Positions 1 through 11,430 of a stretch of DNA of 64,000 bases are shown here, one piece after another. The notes beneath the pieces are model-generated. The model saw nothing but the letters and a program-made list of their open reading frames with translations. It searched no databases and was not told the origin of the DNA. The DNA is taken from the NCBI RefSeq assembly GCF_000143415.4, contig NW_003314392.1, positions 220,390 to 284,389 of the forward strand, given 5' to 3'. The DNA comes from Selaginella moellendorffii (lineage: Eukaryota > Plantae > Lycopodiophyta). Every line of letters starts with the position of its first letter. Positions within the stretch are counted from its first letter, which is position 1. The position numbers were made by a program, and so were the translations under genes.

Positions 1-829
1 TTGCAAAGAAATTTAGAAGTTAGAGAGGTAAAAGCTGAGGCTTGTAATGTGATACCTGGGATGCAGAAGCATTTCTCTGCAGGCCAAGAGTTGCATATGG
101 GCATTCGCTAGCAGATGCTGCCGCCTCCTCTGCTTTCTTTGCATTGAAACAGCTCCCAAGGACGAGCTCGTAAAAGTCGTTTGCTGGTTCATACGCGTAT
201 TCCAAACTGGAAAGCAGATAGAGTCACGCAAACTCAAACTCTGGTTGCTTACTCGGATCGAGGAATCTGCCTCAAAGACGCGGATGCTTTAGCTCCACAT
301 TCTGCAACTTCCCTTGGCAGCAAAGGAAAGGACATGTCAGAGGCGATGGATTTAATCTACCACGTTTACCGGCAGAGGAAACGGATGGCTTTGGGAAGAG
401 CTTGGGCAGCATCTTCCTCGGATACCAAGGCTAGCTCCGCCACAGGAAGCCAGTCGTCCAGCTTCTTGCTCTGCGCGGAGCCCCTCTGCCTCAAGCAAAC
501 CACAAACTCTCGTATCTTGCGATCCGGGGAGAAATCGTCCAAGAGCCGGTCATAGAGCTGCTCCGACCTTCTGAGCAAAACGCTGGCACTTGATGCTGAA
601 GCCACGGTTCTCCAGATTAAAACCAGAGCCAAAGCCAATCAGTAGCCTTACCAGCGGTTTTCGGCGGCGCTCTTGCTCCAAATCCTAGGCCCGGCGCACG
701 AGCCGCCGCACTCTTGGCAGACTTGGCGCCACAGCGGACAATGGCCTTCTTGAGGGATCTTGCATTCTGTCCTTGGCGAGGCCTTGGCCAAAGCCTGGCA
801 ACGCCGTGGCACTGCCAGCAAGCCTCCAT
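1..829 (-). CDS. DnaJ/J-domain protein, probably plastid-targeted; multi-exon, runs off the left edge
   Basis: Exon peptides MEACWQ...IVRC...GFG (transit-peptide-like), EFVVCLRQ..DDWLPVAELAL, and CPYATLGLQRNASASQV (start of a J-domain); GT-AG introns. Confidence 0.7.
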
Positions 830-877
830 AGGGTTTATGGATTTATTCCCGCATATCATATGTACAATTGCGCAACG

Positions 878-3800
878 TCAACTGGGCTGCTGCTCTCTAG
901 TATCGACGCTCTCCCCGCAGTAGATTGTCACTATGGAGTCTGCCGCCGCAGCTGCAAGATGGACACTGTATGGATGAAACGAAAGGCAGCTCACCGCCCC
1001 AATCTTGACCGCCAAGAAGCTGTTGTAGTACCGAATCCTGCTCACCTCTTGCCCGCTCAGGTTGAACACACGAATGCCGTTGTTCATGGAGCCGGTTGCA
1101 ATCACCGGTGCATGGCGATGAACACTGAGGGCCGTCAAGTGCCCACGGCTGTGAGCACCAAACCCCCATGCCGCAGCCGATGGAAACCGGAGGTCGAGAA
1201 ACTTCACGTCTCCAGTCTGCGATGCTGATACAACCTGCACAACCCGACCCTTTTAACACGCGAGAAACAAAAACAGGGATGGGAAAGTCGACGACCGTCT
1301 GAGCGCTCGACGCGGACTGGAACTCCAATCCTATCACCCTGTGCGCGTGTGGCCTCATACCAGAGACGAGCCTGCCGGGACAACAGTTGAGAGAAATGCC
1401 ACGTCCAAAGAAGTATCAAAATCATCTTACGGGCTGTGAGATCGTATGTCGTAGATGCGAACAGCTCCGTCACAACAGCCTACAGCTAGAACCCCCGACG
1501 GAGATTGTGATGCAGACTGCAAAACCGAGAGATGATGGAACGCGTAGCTTTCACTCTACAGCAGCAACTCACCATGGCTGAAATGCCACTCTCTCCTGGA
1601 GCTTGTATGGTGCATGCCAGCAGCTCTCGGTCGAGATCCCAGACCACAATTGACGACGACTCCCCAGCTGATGCGTACTGCATGCATACACAAACTTAGT
1701 ATGCAGACCGACCCTCCACAAAGGACACACGTACCAGGTAACCCGTTGCTTGCTGCCAGTCGACGACAGCACTGGCAGCTCGGTTGCCCGGCCTGGGGCC
1801 TTGAAGTGCCTGCCACGACGTCGCTAGGCGCTGCTTTCCCTTTATAGCGTAGTCCTTCCAGACCCTTACACTGCCATCGCCTACACCACCATAGATACTC
1901 AGGACGAGGCAACAGCATAAAACAAAATGCCAGCTTACTTGAGGCCACCAGCAGCAAACTGTGCTCGAGCTCATTCACGAAACAGAGTTTTGAAACGCCG
2001 CGTTCAGGGAAGCTATGGTTGTCGAAAGAGTTCATTTCGCTTCCGTCCTTCTCCTCGTAGTTCCAGACCCTGTTCATGAACCAGACCAGCTCTCGATAAG
2101 GGAAACATACTACGTGAAGCTGATCGGCTTACTTGATAGTCTCCTTGTCATCAGCGGCGCAAATAAGGGGGTCAAATGGGTGAAGGACAACTGCTCTCGT
2201 ACAATTGTCCGATTGTCCATCCCAGATCGGATCACCTAGCTTGGTTACATCTGCAACGAGCCAACACAATTAGCACGGCTAAAAGCGAAAACACGAGAAA
2301 TGGATAGCCTACGTAAATGCTGGCACTTTGAAATCCCGTCGACTGCTTTCTTCTCGCGCGCTAATCTCAACGCAGGAGCGTCACCGTCTTCGTCCTGAGT
2401 TGGCTCAAGCAGTGGCCTTGAGAAGTGGCCGCAGCTCCAGTCGTAGAGGGAGGAGGCAGGCACGTCTTGCTGGGAAGTTTGGTTCGTAGCGGAAAGGATG
2501 GAGCCGGCTTCCGCAAATCCTGCCATGGAGTGGACCTTGGGAACTGTAGGAGTCAGGCCGCTGCTTGCTTCCCCCGGAATACGTGATGACAGTCTCGTCG
2601 ACTCACGTGCAGTTAAGGATGGGGAAAATTCAAGGGACGGCACCCTCCTCATTCCCATTGGGCTGACGCTTAGAAAGCTCGGCCTGGTAGGACTCGCGGA
2701 ACTTCTTAGAGGCGCGACCAGAGATGCTGCAAGAAAAAAAAATATAAACTTGGATGAGAAAAGGAAAAACTCCCTGGGCCTCACCTAGATTAGTTTCAAC
2801 CCACGACGTAGAGCGAGTCAGTCCGCCACCCGCGCCAAGATGAATGCTCGGAACAGACGAATTGCGGTGATGCCCCGGCTTGCCTGAGCCTTTCCATGAG
2901 TTGAGCAGGGAGCCAACGCCTATAATGTGCAAAACCTTCTGACCCAGCTCCGCTACTTGTGGCGACGTATCCCGAGCCAAAGCATAGGCAGTTGCAATGC
3001 AACGCAAGTACAAGCTGTTATTGTCCTCGGCGCGGGGTCTCCTGAGCTTCAAAGTGCCGTTGCCGTTGGAGCCGTTCACTACAAGCCTGGATCCATCCAG
3101 CGGCGACGATGCCCCGGACGAGGGGGCGGACGAGGGAGCTGACGACGAATTACTACCATCTTGCTTCTCACCGCCAGCTGCTGACACATCCGGTTGAGCT
3201 TTCTGGTCCAGGCTAAGTGACCGAACTACCAGTAGCACTTGAGACGGACAAATCAGGCTGCCTGTAGGACTCTTGCTGGAAGAGAGGTCCGCCAGCGCAG
3301 GGTTCGAAGGCGGCTTCAAATATGCAGCCGCCGCGGAATTCAGAAACTTATGATGGTTGGTAGCGAAGTGCGCAAAAGCTGCGAGAGAGAGGGAGCGTGA
3401 GAGGCCTGCAGTTAAAGTACGTTATGCCCATACCTATGGCAAGTTCAGCTCTGACCAGAGGACTCCCATCACCCACCGCTCGCAAAAGAACCTTTGCGAT
3501 GTCCTGCTCGATCACGAGTCTATCGTCTTCGTTATCATCCTCTGCCGCCGCATCATTCTTTGAGGAAGAGAGCAACGTCCCCAGGGCGAATACAGCCGAC
3601 GCTCGGACCTGACTTGGAACATGTCACACAAGCTAGGCTGGATCACCAAACATAAGCAACAGGACGAAGGTTACCTCGGGTTGCGGTTCACTCAAGAGTT
3701 GAGCCAAACTACTAATGGCATTCTCGCGGAAGGCACATGCCTGGGCTGCACTTGTACCATCCCAAAGCTTGCCGAGGCATAAGCACGCCCATTGCAGAAA

Positions 3801-6096
3801 GAGAGGCTCCGCTTGCGTTTCCAGTTCAGTGCCCGCTTGAACATGGCGTAGAAGGATTGAAACCACGCCCGCTTCGTGGCATGCAAGCTGCCCACGAGGA
3901 TACCCGTCAACAATGACGGAAAGAACGAAAGCAGCCATAGCTTGCTGTTCTGCCAGATAGTCCGGGCTGTCCAGAAACCTGATGAAGTACAAATGACCTT
4001 TGTCCTTTACCAGATCGACCTGGCATGACTGCAGGCGATAGAAGGAAATTAGAACAAACTAGAACAAGAACGAGAGGGAGTGACGCGCGTGTTACCTTGT
4101 CCAGGGCAAGGATCTTCGTCCATATAAATACCAATATCTGCCGAAGTTCTGTTGCCGTCGTTTGAAGTAGCTTGAGGACGTAGGGGAAGATACCGACGGA
4201 TAAAGCCTGAGAGCAGCTGCTGTTAAGACGAACACAAGAACCGCGAACATAAATAACGAACCAGATCGATTGCCCAAGGTCCCATATCCAGAAACCTCCC
4301 CAGTAGTACCAGAGCCCGAAACCGATGCGACTGGCTCAGTAAAACCTGAAGCACAATTGGTAACTGCTCCGGGGGCGGCTTCCTCTCTGATCCCGAGCTA
4401 AGCCACACCTCGAAAGCAGAAAGCTGCTGCGCAAAGAATGAACTTGGCTGCACAAAACATGGGAGGAAGAACAAAATAAAAAATAATGAGTCGTGCACGC
4501 TTACTTTGAATTCCGCATTCGGATCATCGAGCAGAGCCGGAAGCTGAGCCAAACAGAACTCTGCTGCCATATCCCAGGCGTCCCTGCATCAACTTTTATA
4601 TGTGAACAAGCTGTAAACGCAATAGGAGCGGGGAAAAAAGATACAGACCACATTGGATGCTGATGAGTGAGAGGCAGCCGCGGATAACATTGAGGTGCAC
4701 AGTTGGCAGACCTCATAATCCGCTCCGCAAGGAGAAAGTTTCGAAATAGACTTGCAACCAAAAGGTCTTGCCGGAACAAGCGCTGGAAAAGTTCTGCACA
4801 GGCTCATGTAAGACAGAGAGGAGAGAGGAGAGGTAAACACAGTACATACCCGGTGGAAGCACATTCCAGGCAATGGTGTCGGTGACGGCCGTGAATATCC
4901 AATTCAGTTCCCCGAGTGGAGTCTTTCGGTCAATCTGTCGGCCAGGAATCTTGTCAACGAGGTCCAAGCGGAGTGAATCCCGCAGCAACGATCTGGAGCA
5001 GAACCTGCAAAGTGCAGATTGAAAAGGCGATAAACAAAGTTGTGCTCACTCTCTCTCACCATCTCAAAGCAACTTTGATAGGCGTCGTCAGACACGCTGT
5101 GAACAAGTCCGCCGGAAACACGGGGTTCTGAGGAAGGAGCTCGTTTGCACCACAGGCAGCGAGTAAAATGCAATTTTTCGTTGCTGTGAAGTCTGGACGC
5201 TGGAAAAGTTGACAGGTAAGACAAGCAAGCGAATATTTTGTTTCTTTTGTTTCTTTTTTTTCTTTTTGGTCTACCTCGCAGAAGGCCTTGATGATTGCTC
5301 CGGCACCAGAACAATCAAAGACGTAAATGGATGGGGAGCCCAGCCACGAATCCAGCTCATACACGGAGAGGGGGATGTACTGCGTGTAGCTCTGCAAATG
5401 CATTGTTGGGAAGAAGAAATGAAGAAGCTCGCACCTGGTTGAAAAACCATATCTCCCCGCTTGCTGTTGGTTTCGGCACGCCATGCCCATTGTAATGGAA
5501 CAAGACCCTTTCCGACTTGGCCGTTTCCCTGCACTGCACGCACAGTTTCTTCACCTCGTCAACCGTGGAGTCGAGCCGAAGGTTGTACAGTGCCTACTGC
5601 CAAAAAAACCAGCAAGCTGAGAACCCGAGCCAAGCGCCTGTGGTGCGTTGCGGGCTATAGCTTCCTACCTTGGGTTGCCATCGCTTGTACTGCGACTGCA
5701 GCGTCTGCCCAATCACATCAATGGCCTTTGCCGACGGCTCTGGAAAGAAGAAAGAGTATAAGGCCTGACAGAGCTCTTCCGCGCTTCTTACCAATCCAGC
5801 ACTCCATCCGCGCACAAGGGCTGATCTTGATAACATCCGGCGGATCGATGCCGATGTTGAGGCACAGAACAAGCGCGACGCATCCCGTTTTCATCTGGCG
5901 GCGGCGAACAGTGAGCGTGCATTGGAGTGGGCAGCTACAGAAACCTTACCCGATCCTTCATTCTCCATTTGGACACAGCGGCGGTGGCGGCAGGGGGCGC
6001 CGCCGCCGCCGCCTCGTGGCGGAGGTCGCAGAGGTAGCAAGCGGGCGGGAGAAGCGCCGCAATGCCCCTGGTTGTCGCGTTCCCGCCCTCGTCCAT
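878..6096 (-). CDS. RAPTOR: Regulatory-associated protein of TOR (RAPTOR); ~20 short introns; start may extend to ~6281
   Basis: KWRMKDR|[87 protein letters not shown]-terminal WD40 repeats; stop TGA at 878. Confidence 0.97.
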
Positions 6097-6431
6097 GCCC
6101 ACGCAAATGCACCAAGAGCTCCTAGAGACGCGGCGCTGGCGCTCCAATCCCAGTGCCTAGTGTGCCCCCAGCGAAGGCGGTGCTGAGCTTCATCGCGGCC
6201 CTAAAATCTGGAAACCTCCTAAAGCCCTAACCTACCATCTCCCCCCGTGTGCACCGAAGAGCCAGCTGGGAGCTGTCCCATGCCCCTCGAGTGCCGACCA
6301 GGGCAGCTGCAGCGAATCGAACCCCCTTTCTTGTCTCTCGCCATTTCAGTGTGTGTGTGTGTGTGTTTGTATGTAATATAATATCTCTCTCTCTCCTTTA
6401 AGCTTAGGACTAAGTAGAACGAGCACGATGA

Positions 6432-7930
6432 TCATCCGCGCCTCATTTGCTTCTTCCACTTGTCCGCGCAGGCGATGGCGTTTGCGCGCTCTTGGGCGGG
6501 CAATTGCTGCACCAGCGCGTCGCGGATGTGTATGGCAGCTGTTTCCCCCGCCCGCGTCGCCAGCTCCAGGAACGCCAGGGCCAGGCCGCCGTCGCCCTCC
6601 TGCATGCAGAGCAGCAGTGAGAAACAAGAGCGCCACCCTTCCTCCCTACCGCGAACAGTGTCAAGCCGTGCTCGAACTGCGCCTTGCGGTGCCCCGCCAG
6701 CGCCGCACGCCGCATCCAATGCCGCGCGTGGTGATAGTTGCGAGCAAAGCCCTCTCCGGACAGGAAGCACAGGGCCGTGTTGTACATTGCTCTCGAGCTC
6801 CCGCCCTCGGCTGCTCGCAAGTACCATCGAGCCTGCCGCAAGCACACGTTGAAAAAACGAAAAGAGAGCCTCACAGACTTACAGCCTTGCCGGGATTGGG
6901 CTCGACACCGCGTCCCTGCTGCAAGCACAGGGCCAAGCTGTACTGCGCGCGGACATGGCCAGCGTCCGCGGCCGTCTGGAACCACTTGACGGCCTCACTG
7001 GCGTCCACCGGTTCTGCAAGCAGCCCACCAGCGTTTGTTGCTGAAAACAAAAAGCTGGAAACCACGGACGTACGTACCTTGCAGCAACGCCAGGCCGAGG
7101 TTGCACTGCCCGGCGACATCACCGAGCTCGGCAGCTTTCCTATACCATTGAATGCCTTCCTCCCTTCTCCCCTATATACCCAGAAACTTGATCAAGCGAG
7201 GATCCCCAAAGGAAGAAACAAACGCAAGCAACAAACAAGCCAAGCCAATCTCTACCTGTTCCCAAAGCAACAAGCCAGCATCGATCATGGCAGCTGCACA
7301 TCCCCGCGCAGCTCCCTTGAGGAACGAATCTAAAGCCATGCCTGTGTCCTGAGGCACACCACCCCGCCCATGCTTGTACATTTTCCCCCACTTGACAAAC
7401 GTTACTGCCTCGCGGAGAGACGAGAGCGCTTGGTACCACGACTTGCACACCATGCTCGCAGCCCACAGGTTCGGCAGCGAGAAGCCCCCAGAGATCCGCC
7501 GCAGGACGTCGAAGGGCAGCTGCGAGAAATCCACATCCTCCTGCCCCTGCTCGCGCGCTTGCTGCTTCACCAAGCTCGCACCTCTCGACGATGGCTGCTG
7601 CTGCGCTTGGAACGCAGCCGGCACTAGACTTATACTCCCACTCCCATGCCTGCGAGCGTCCACCCCGCCTTGCTTCCAGAACCTCCTCTCCAGATCGCCG
7701 GGCTCCTGCTGTTGCGGCTGCTGCTGCTGCTGCTGCTGCTGCGACCTACTGCTCCTGCCGTGGAAGCCATCCAGGCCGCCAATGTTGCTGAACAGAGTCA
7801 CGCTCTCGTGGCTCAGGTGCCTGTCCCGCTCCGAGGACGACGCGCTGTGCTGCTGCTCCTGCTGGCGGCGGGGATCCCGATCACGCACCTGCGCAGCTTG
7901 GCGGCTGGCTTTGAGCTTGAAAGATCCCAT
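6432..7930 (-). CDS. F-box protein with Sel1-like repeats (At1g70590-like), multi-exon
   Basis: FSQLPFDVLRRI...ASMVCKSW F-box; Sel1 repeats AADAGHVRAQYSLALCLQQGRGV and AAEGGSSRAMYNTALC. Confidence 0.9.
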
Positions 7931-8111
7931 TCTTCCCCTCTCCCGCGGATCTCTCCACCAGCTGCGAGCCTGCTGCTGCTACAGGGGGCAGCCCTAAACG
8001 CGGATCGCCATAGCCAAATCGTGTTTTTTTGAAACAGCATCTTCACCACGATCGCAGCCGTCGCTTTGGGTGAATATTCCGCCCTAATCTTCACTCTCGT
8101 CCTCCTCCTCC

Positions 8112-9377
8112 ATGAAGAGCAGCGGCAGCGGCAGTGGGAGCGGCGGCAATGCGCGGCGCGCAGCAGCTGCCGCGCCCCTCAGCAACTACGAGTTCGATTT
8201 CGGGAATCTAGGTCGCGGATCTGGCAACACCACGCTCAGCGGCCTCAAGCAGCAGGCCCCATCGCAGCCGCAACCACAGCAGCCACAGCAGCAGCAGGCC
8301 AAGAAAGCACAGCCACAGCCATGGACTCACAAGCCGGTCTCCAGCTTAACAGGTACGAGCTCCATGGTGGGAGACATCACCGGCAGGAGCTGGGTGCCAC
8401 TCGAGTCCAGTGCCACTGCGAAGAGCAGGCCGGCGAGCAGTGGAGTCGTGGGTGGAGTTGGCAACTCCAAAGCGGATCTCTTCAGCGATCTGCTCAAGAC
8501 GCCCATGACCGCGATGAAATCTGGATCTGGATCTACTGCGGCCCCCATGGCTGCGTCGCTCAACAGAGGGGCTCCCATGAAGGATGGTGGCAGATCTGCG
8601 GATGCTGGTGGTTTCGTGGGCATGTCCGCTCCACCGCCGCCGCCTTCAGCTGGTGGTGGTTTCGTGGGCATGTCCGCTCCACCACCGCAGGCAGCTGCCA
8701 TGGACAAGCTCTTTGAACCGGCTTCTTCAGGCAGAGCTCAGGATCCTCTGGATGATCTCTGGCGCAAGATACCACCACCGCAACCACAGGCTCCTCCACA
8801 GGCACAAGCTAGCGTGAGCAAGTCCAACGGGATTCATGGCCTCAACGAAGACGACTGGGACACGGGGTTTCAAGCCGCCGATGCTGCTCACCCGGCGCCG
8901 GCCACCACCGAGCTCGACGGACTACCACCTCCACCGGCTGGCGTTACGGGCAGCTTGGCCAAAGACAAAGGCGACGAGTTTCAAAAGCAAGGCCAGTTTG
9001 CCGATGCGATCAAGTGGCTGACTTGGGCCGTGGTGCTGCTGGACAAGTCCCCAGACAAGCTGACTGGAGTTCTTGCCACTCGAGCGGCGTGTTACAAAGA
9101 AGTCGGCGAGTACAAGAAAGCTGTTGGCGACTGTTCCAAGGTAGTAGGCTTTACTTTTCAATTTGGTCCGTCTTCGTCACACCCGGTTTCACTATTCCAG
9201 GTGTTGGAGATGGCCGGGCCGACTGCTGAGGTGCTCTTGCAACGGGCTTTCCTGTACGAGAGCATGGAGAAATACAAGCTGTGCGTGCAAGATCTGCGAG
9301 AGGCTTTGCAGAGAGACCCCTCCAACAGGATGGCCAGGAACACGCTGGCGAGGCTGGCTAGGATGGCTGACGAGTGA
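8112..9377 (+). CDS. TPR-repeat protein with low-complexity N-terminus; one intron at 9141-9200
   Basis: TPR motifs AKDKGDEFQKQGQFADAIKW, RAACYKEVGEYKKAVGDCSK, RAFLYESMEKYK; 60-nt GT..AG intron. Confidence 0.9.
   Translation: MKSSGSGSGSGGNARRAAAAAPLSNYEFDFGNLGRGSGNTTLSGLKQQAPSQPQPQQPQQQQAKKAQPQPWTHKPVSSLTGTSSMVGDITGRSWVPLESSATAKSRPASSGVVGGVGNSKADLFSDLLKTPMTAMKSGSGSTAAPMAASLNRGAPMKDGGRSADAGGFVGMSAPPPPPSAGGGFVGMSAPPPQAAAMDKLFEPASSGRAQDPLDDLWRKIPPPQPQAPPQAQASVSKSNGIHGLNEDDWDTGFQAADAAHPAPATTELDGLPPPPAGVTGSLAKDKGDEFQKQGQFADAIKWLTWAVVLLDKSPDKLTGVLATRAACYKEVGEYKKAVGDCSKVVGFTFQFGPSSSHPVSLFQVLEMAGPTAEVLLQRAFLYESMEKYKLCVQDLREALQRDPSNRMARNTLARLARMADE
8603..8688 (+). repeat. ~45-bp tandem duplication in the TPR gene (AGGFVGMSAPPP x2)
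   Basis: Two copies of GGTGGTTTCGTGGGCATGTCCGCTCCACC. Confidence 0.85.
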
Positions 9378-9424
9378 CAAATTGTATTCTTGGGTATTGT
9401 TTCTTTCCCATTTTTCCATCCCAA

Positions 9425-11361
9425 TCACTTCTTGTGCCGACTGCGAGGGTACAGGAGCTGGTGTAGCAAGAGCTGTGCAGTGTCGATGCATCTGGCCTGC
9501 AAGGCAGCACTTAAATAATCATCGGAATGGTATTCGTGTTTGCTCATCTTACTCGTCTAGCAAACGCGAAACGCATGGTTTTCAGTTCGATGCCGCGGCA
9601 TGCTCTCACGTCCACTCCGAGGCTGTCCACTCCGATCACCACCACCTCCTGTCGTAAAGCTCAGCACGTAAGAAAGGAGAGAGATCGGAAGGAATTGCAC
9701 CTCAAAATCTACACCGTGCTCCCTATGACACAGGCTCTTGAGGGCGCGTTTCACTTTCTTTCCACCCGAGTTTAAACGCTTGATTATGTCCGGGGCTGCA
9801 TGAGCCAAGACATCCGCCTCAGAGTATCTGAACTCCTTGACATCCACCGAGGCCTGCAAAAGCATAGTGAATACTAGTGGCTGATAAAGCTTGCAGAATG
9901 CTTACGTGAGCTCCAATATCAGATGCAAGTTGAATGCTTTGAATCTGAAACTTGTACAGCGATGTTTCAGACTCGCTGCTGTCTGACCACTCTTCTTCTT
10001 CGCTCTCGGATGATGAAGCTGCATATCAGGATGAAGCATATTGAAATCTATAATCCCCATTCTCCAGTTACACGTACCCTCTTGTGTTTCTTCTTCGTCT
10101 CCGCTGCTCTCGTCATCATCTTCCCAAAGGAACCGCTCCTCCCACATTTTACGAGCAGAAGCTGCTTCCTCCTCGGTCACACTGCTCACCACCCCTGTCA
10201 TGGCCAGCCGCATCGACGGCTTGAAGATCCCGGAAACGGGGTCCAGAGATGTAACCTGCAACAAGAATGCTCTGTTGACGTGAGCATAACAAAGCAGCAG
10301 AACGAAGTTTACCTTGGCAAGCTTAGATGCAAACACCATAGGATGGACACCGAGGGGCATGTCGCAGGTGTCCGAAACATCCTCAGATTCCGAAATGTCA
10401 CCGTCTTGGCTACTAATCTCGTCTTGGCTGCTATCGTCCTCAACAAAAGCCTCCACATCCTGCAAGCAAAGGTCAGTTTTCAAGCTCACAAACCTGGCCT
10501 CACCACCTGCAGTGTAGCAGGATCGTCTGCCAGATGGTTCTCATAAGTAGGCAGCAACTCGGTCGTCAGCAGCTCGTTGAGCTCGCCAAAGCCGATTATA
10601 AACTGTACGCAAGCCTAAGAGACATGAAGAACTGGAGAACTTGGGATGTTTACCGAGCACTGGGGATTCACGGCCAAGTTGTGCAAAACATCATTGTCAT
10701 CCGCTAGTTCAAAGTAGATATCTGCATAACACACACAACTCGATCGCACTGAGCCGGAAACCTTGTTTCTGTGCATACCTCCGTGCTCGTCCACAACGAA
10801 CATAACTTCGGTGCCGTACACGGCATTGCTTTGAGACAAGGCGGGAGCTAAAAGAATCGCGTTGCTGTTAACCTGCAAAAGGCGAGAAAGTTCCACCGAC
10901 GTCAACAGGAGGAAAGAGGAACCCAAACCTCGGCAATTGTGCGTGCAATCTCCCCGTCGTTGAGCTTGCTCGTGCGCACTCTCTCCAGCTGCTCTTTCTC
11001 CCCACTCGAGAGTTCTTCCAGAGGGTGAAACCCATTCCCGCTCTTCCACACATCAGGCCGCGAGTCCGAATTGTTGGCTGCCGCAGCCGCATTGCAGCAC
11101 CAAACTGTTGCCCTGTGCTGACCCCGGCTGCCGTTGCTGTTGCTGCTGCTGCTGCTCACACCAAAGTCAAGATTTTACTAGTCTGGATTAGTCTTCGCTT
11201 TGGAGAACCTGTAGCAGTAGCACTTCTTCACTGCTGCAATTCGGCTTCCACAGCAGACAGCGGCACCACCTGGAACAACAACAACACGGGCGCTTGAAAC
11301 CGGATGGAGGAACCAACCCAAGCTTACCAATGCAGACGAGGGCAGCAGCAGTGGCCGCCAT
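9425..11361 (-). CDS. At3g49140/At3g59300-like split-barrel protein (not a true PPR), multi-exon
   Basis: NGFHPLEEL..GEIARTIAEVNS, FVVDEHG.DIYFE, AEADVLAH, IGVDSLGVDVRACRG..TMRFAF, HQLLYPR; stop TGA at 9425. Confidence 0.8.
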
Positions 11362-11430
11362 AGCGCTCCAGCTCACTCATCCATTGCCCTGCCCTCTCTT
11401 TTTAACAAGGATTTGAGTAATTCGATGTTG

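Noticed and set aside
5461-7997. Long plus-strand ORFs (5461-6186, 6428-7333, 7374-7997)
   Set aside because: Antisense shadows of GC-rich RAPTOR and F-box exons.
9141-9200. Single-exon 421-aa TPR protein
   Set aside because: The segment has GT..AG ends and interrupts a TPR motif, so it is an in-frame 60-nt intron.
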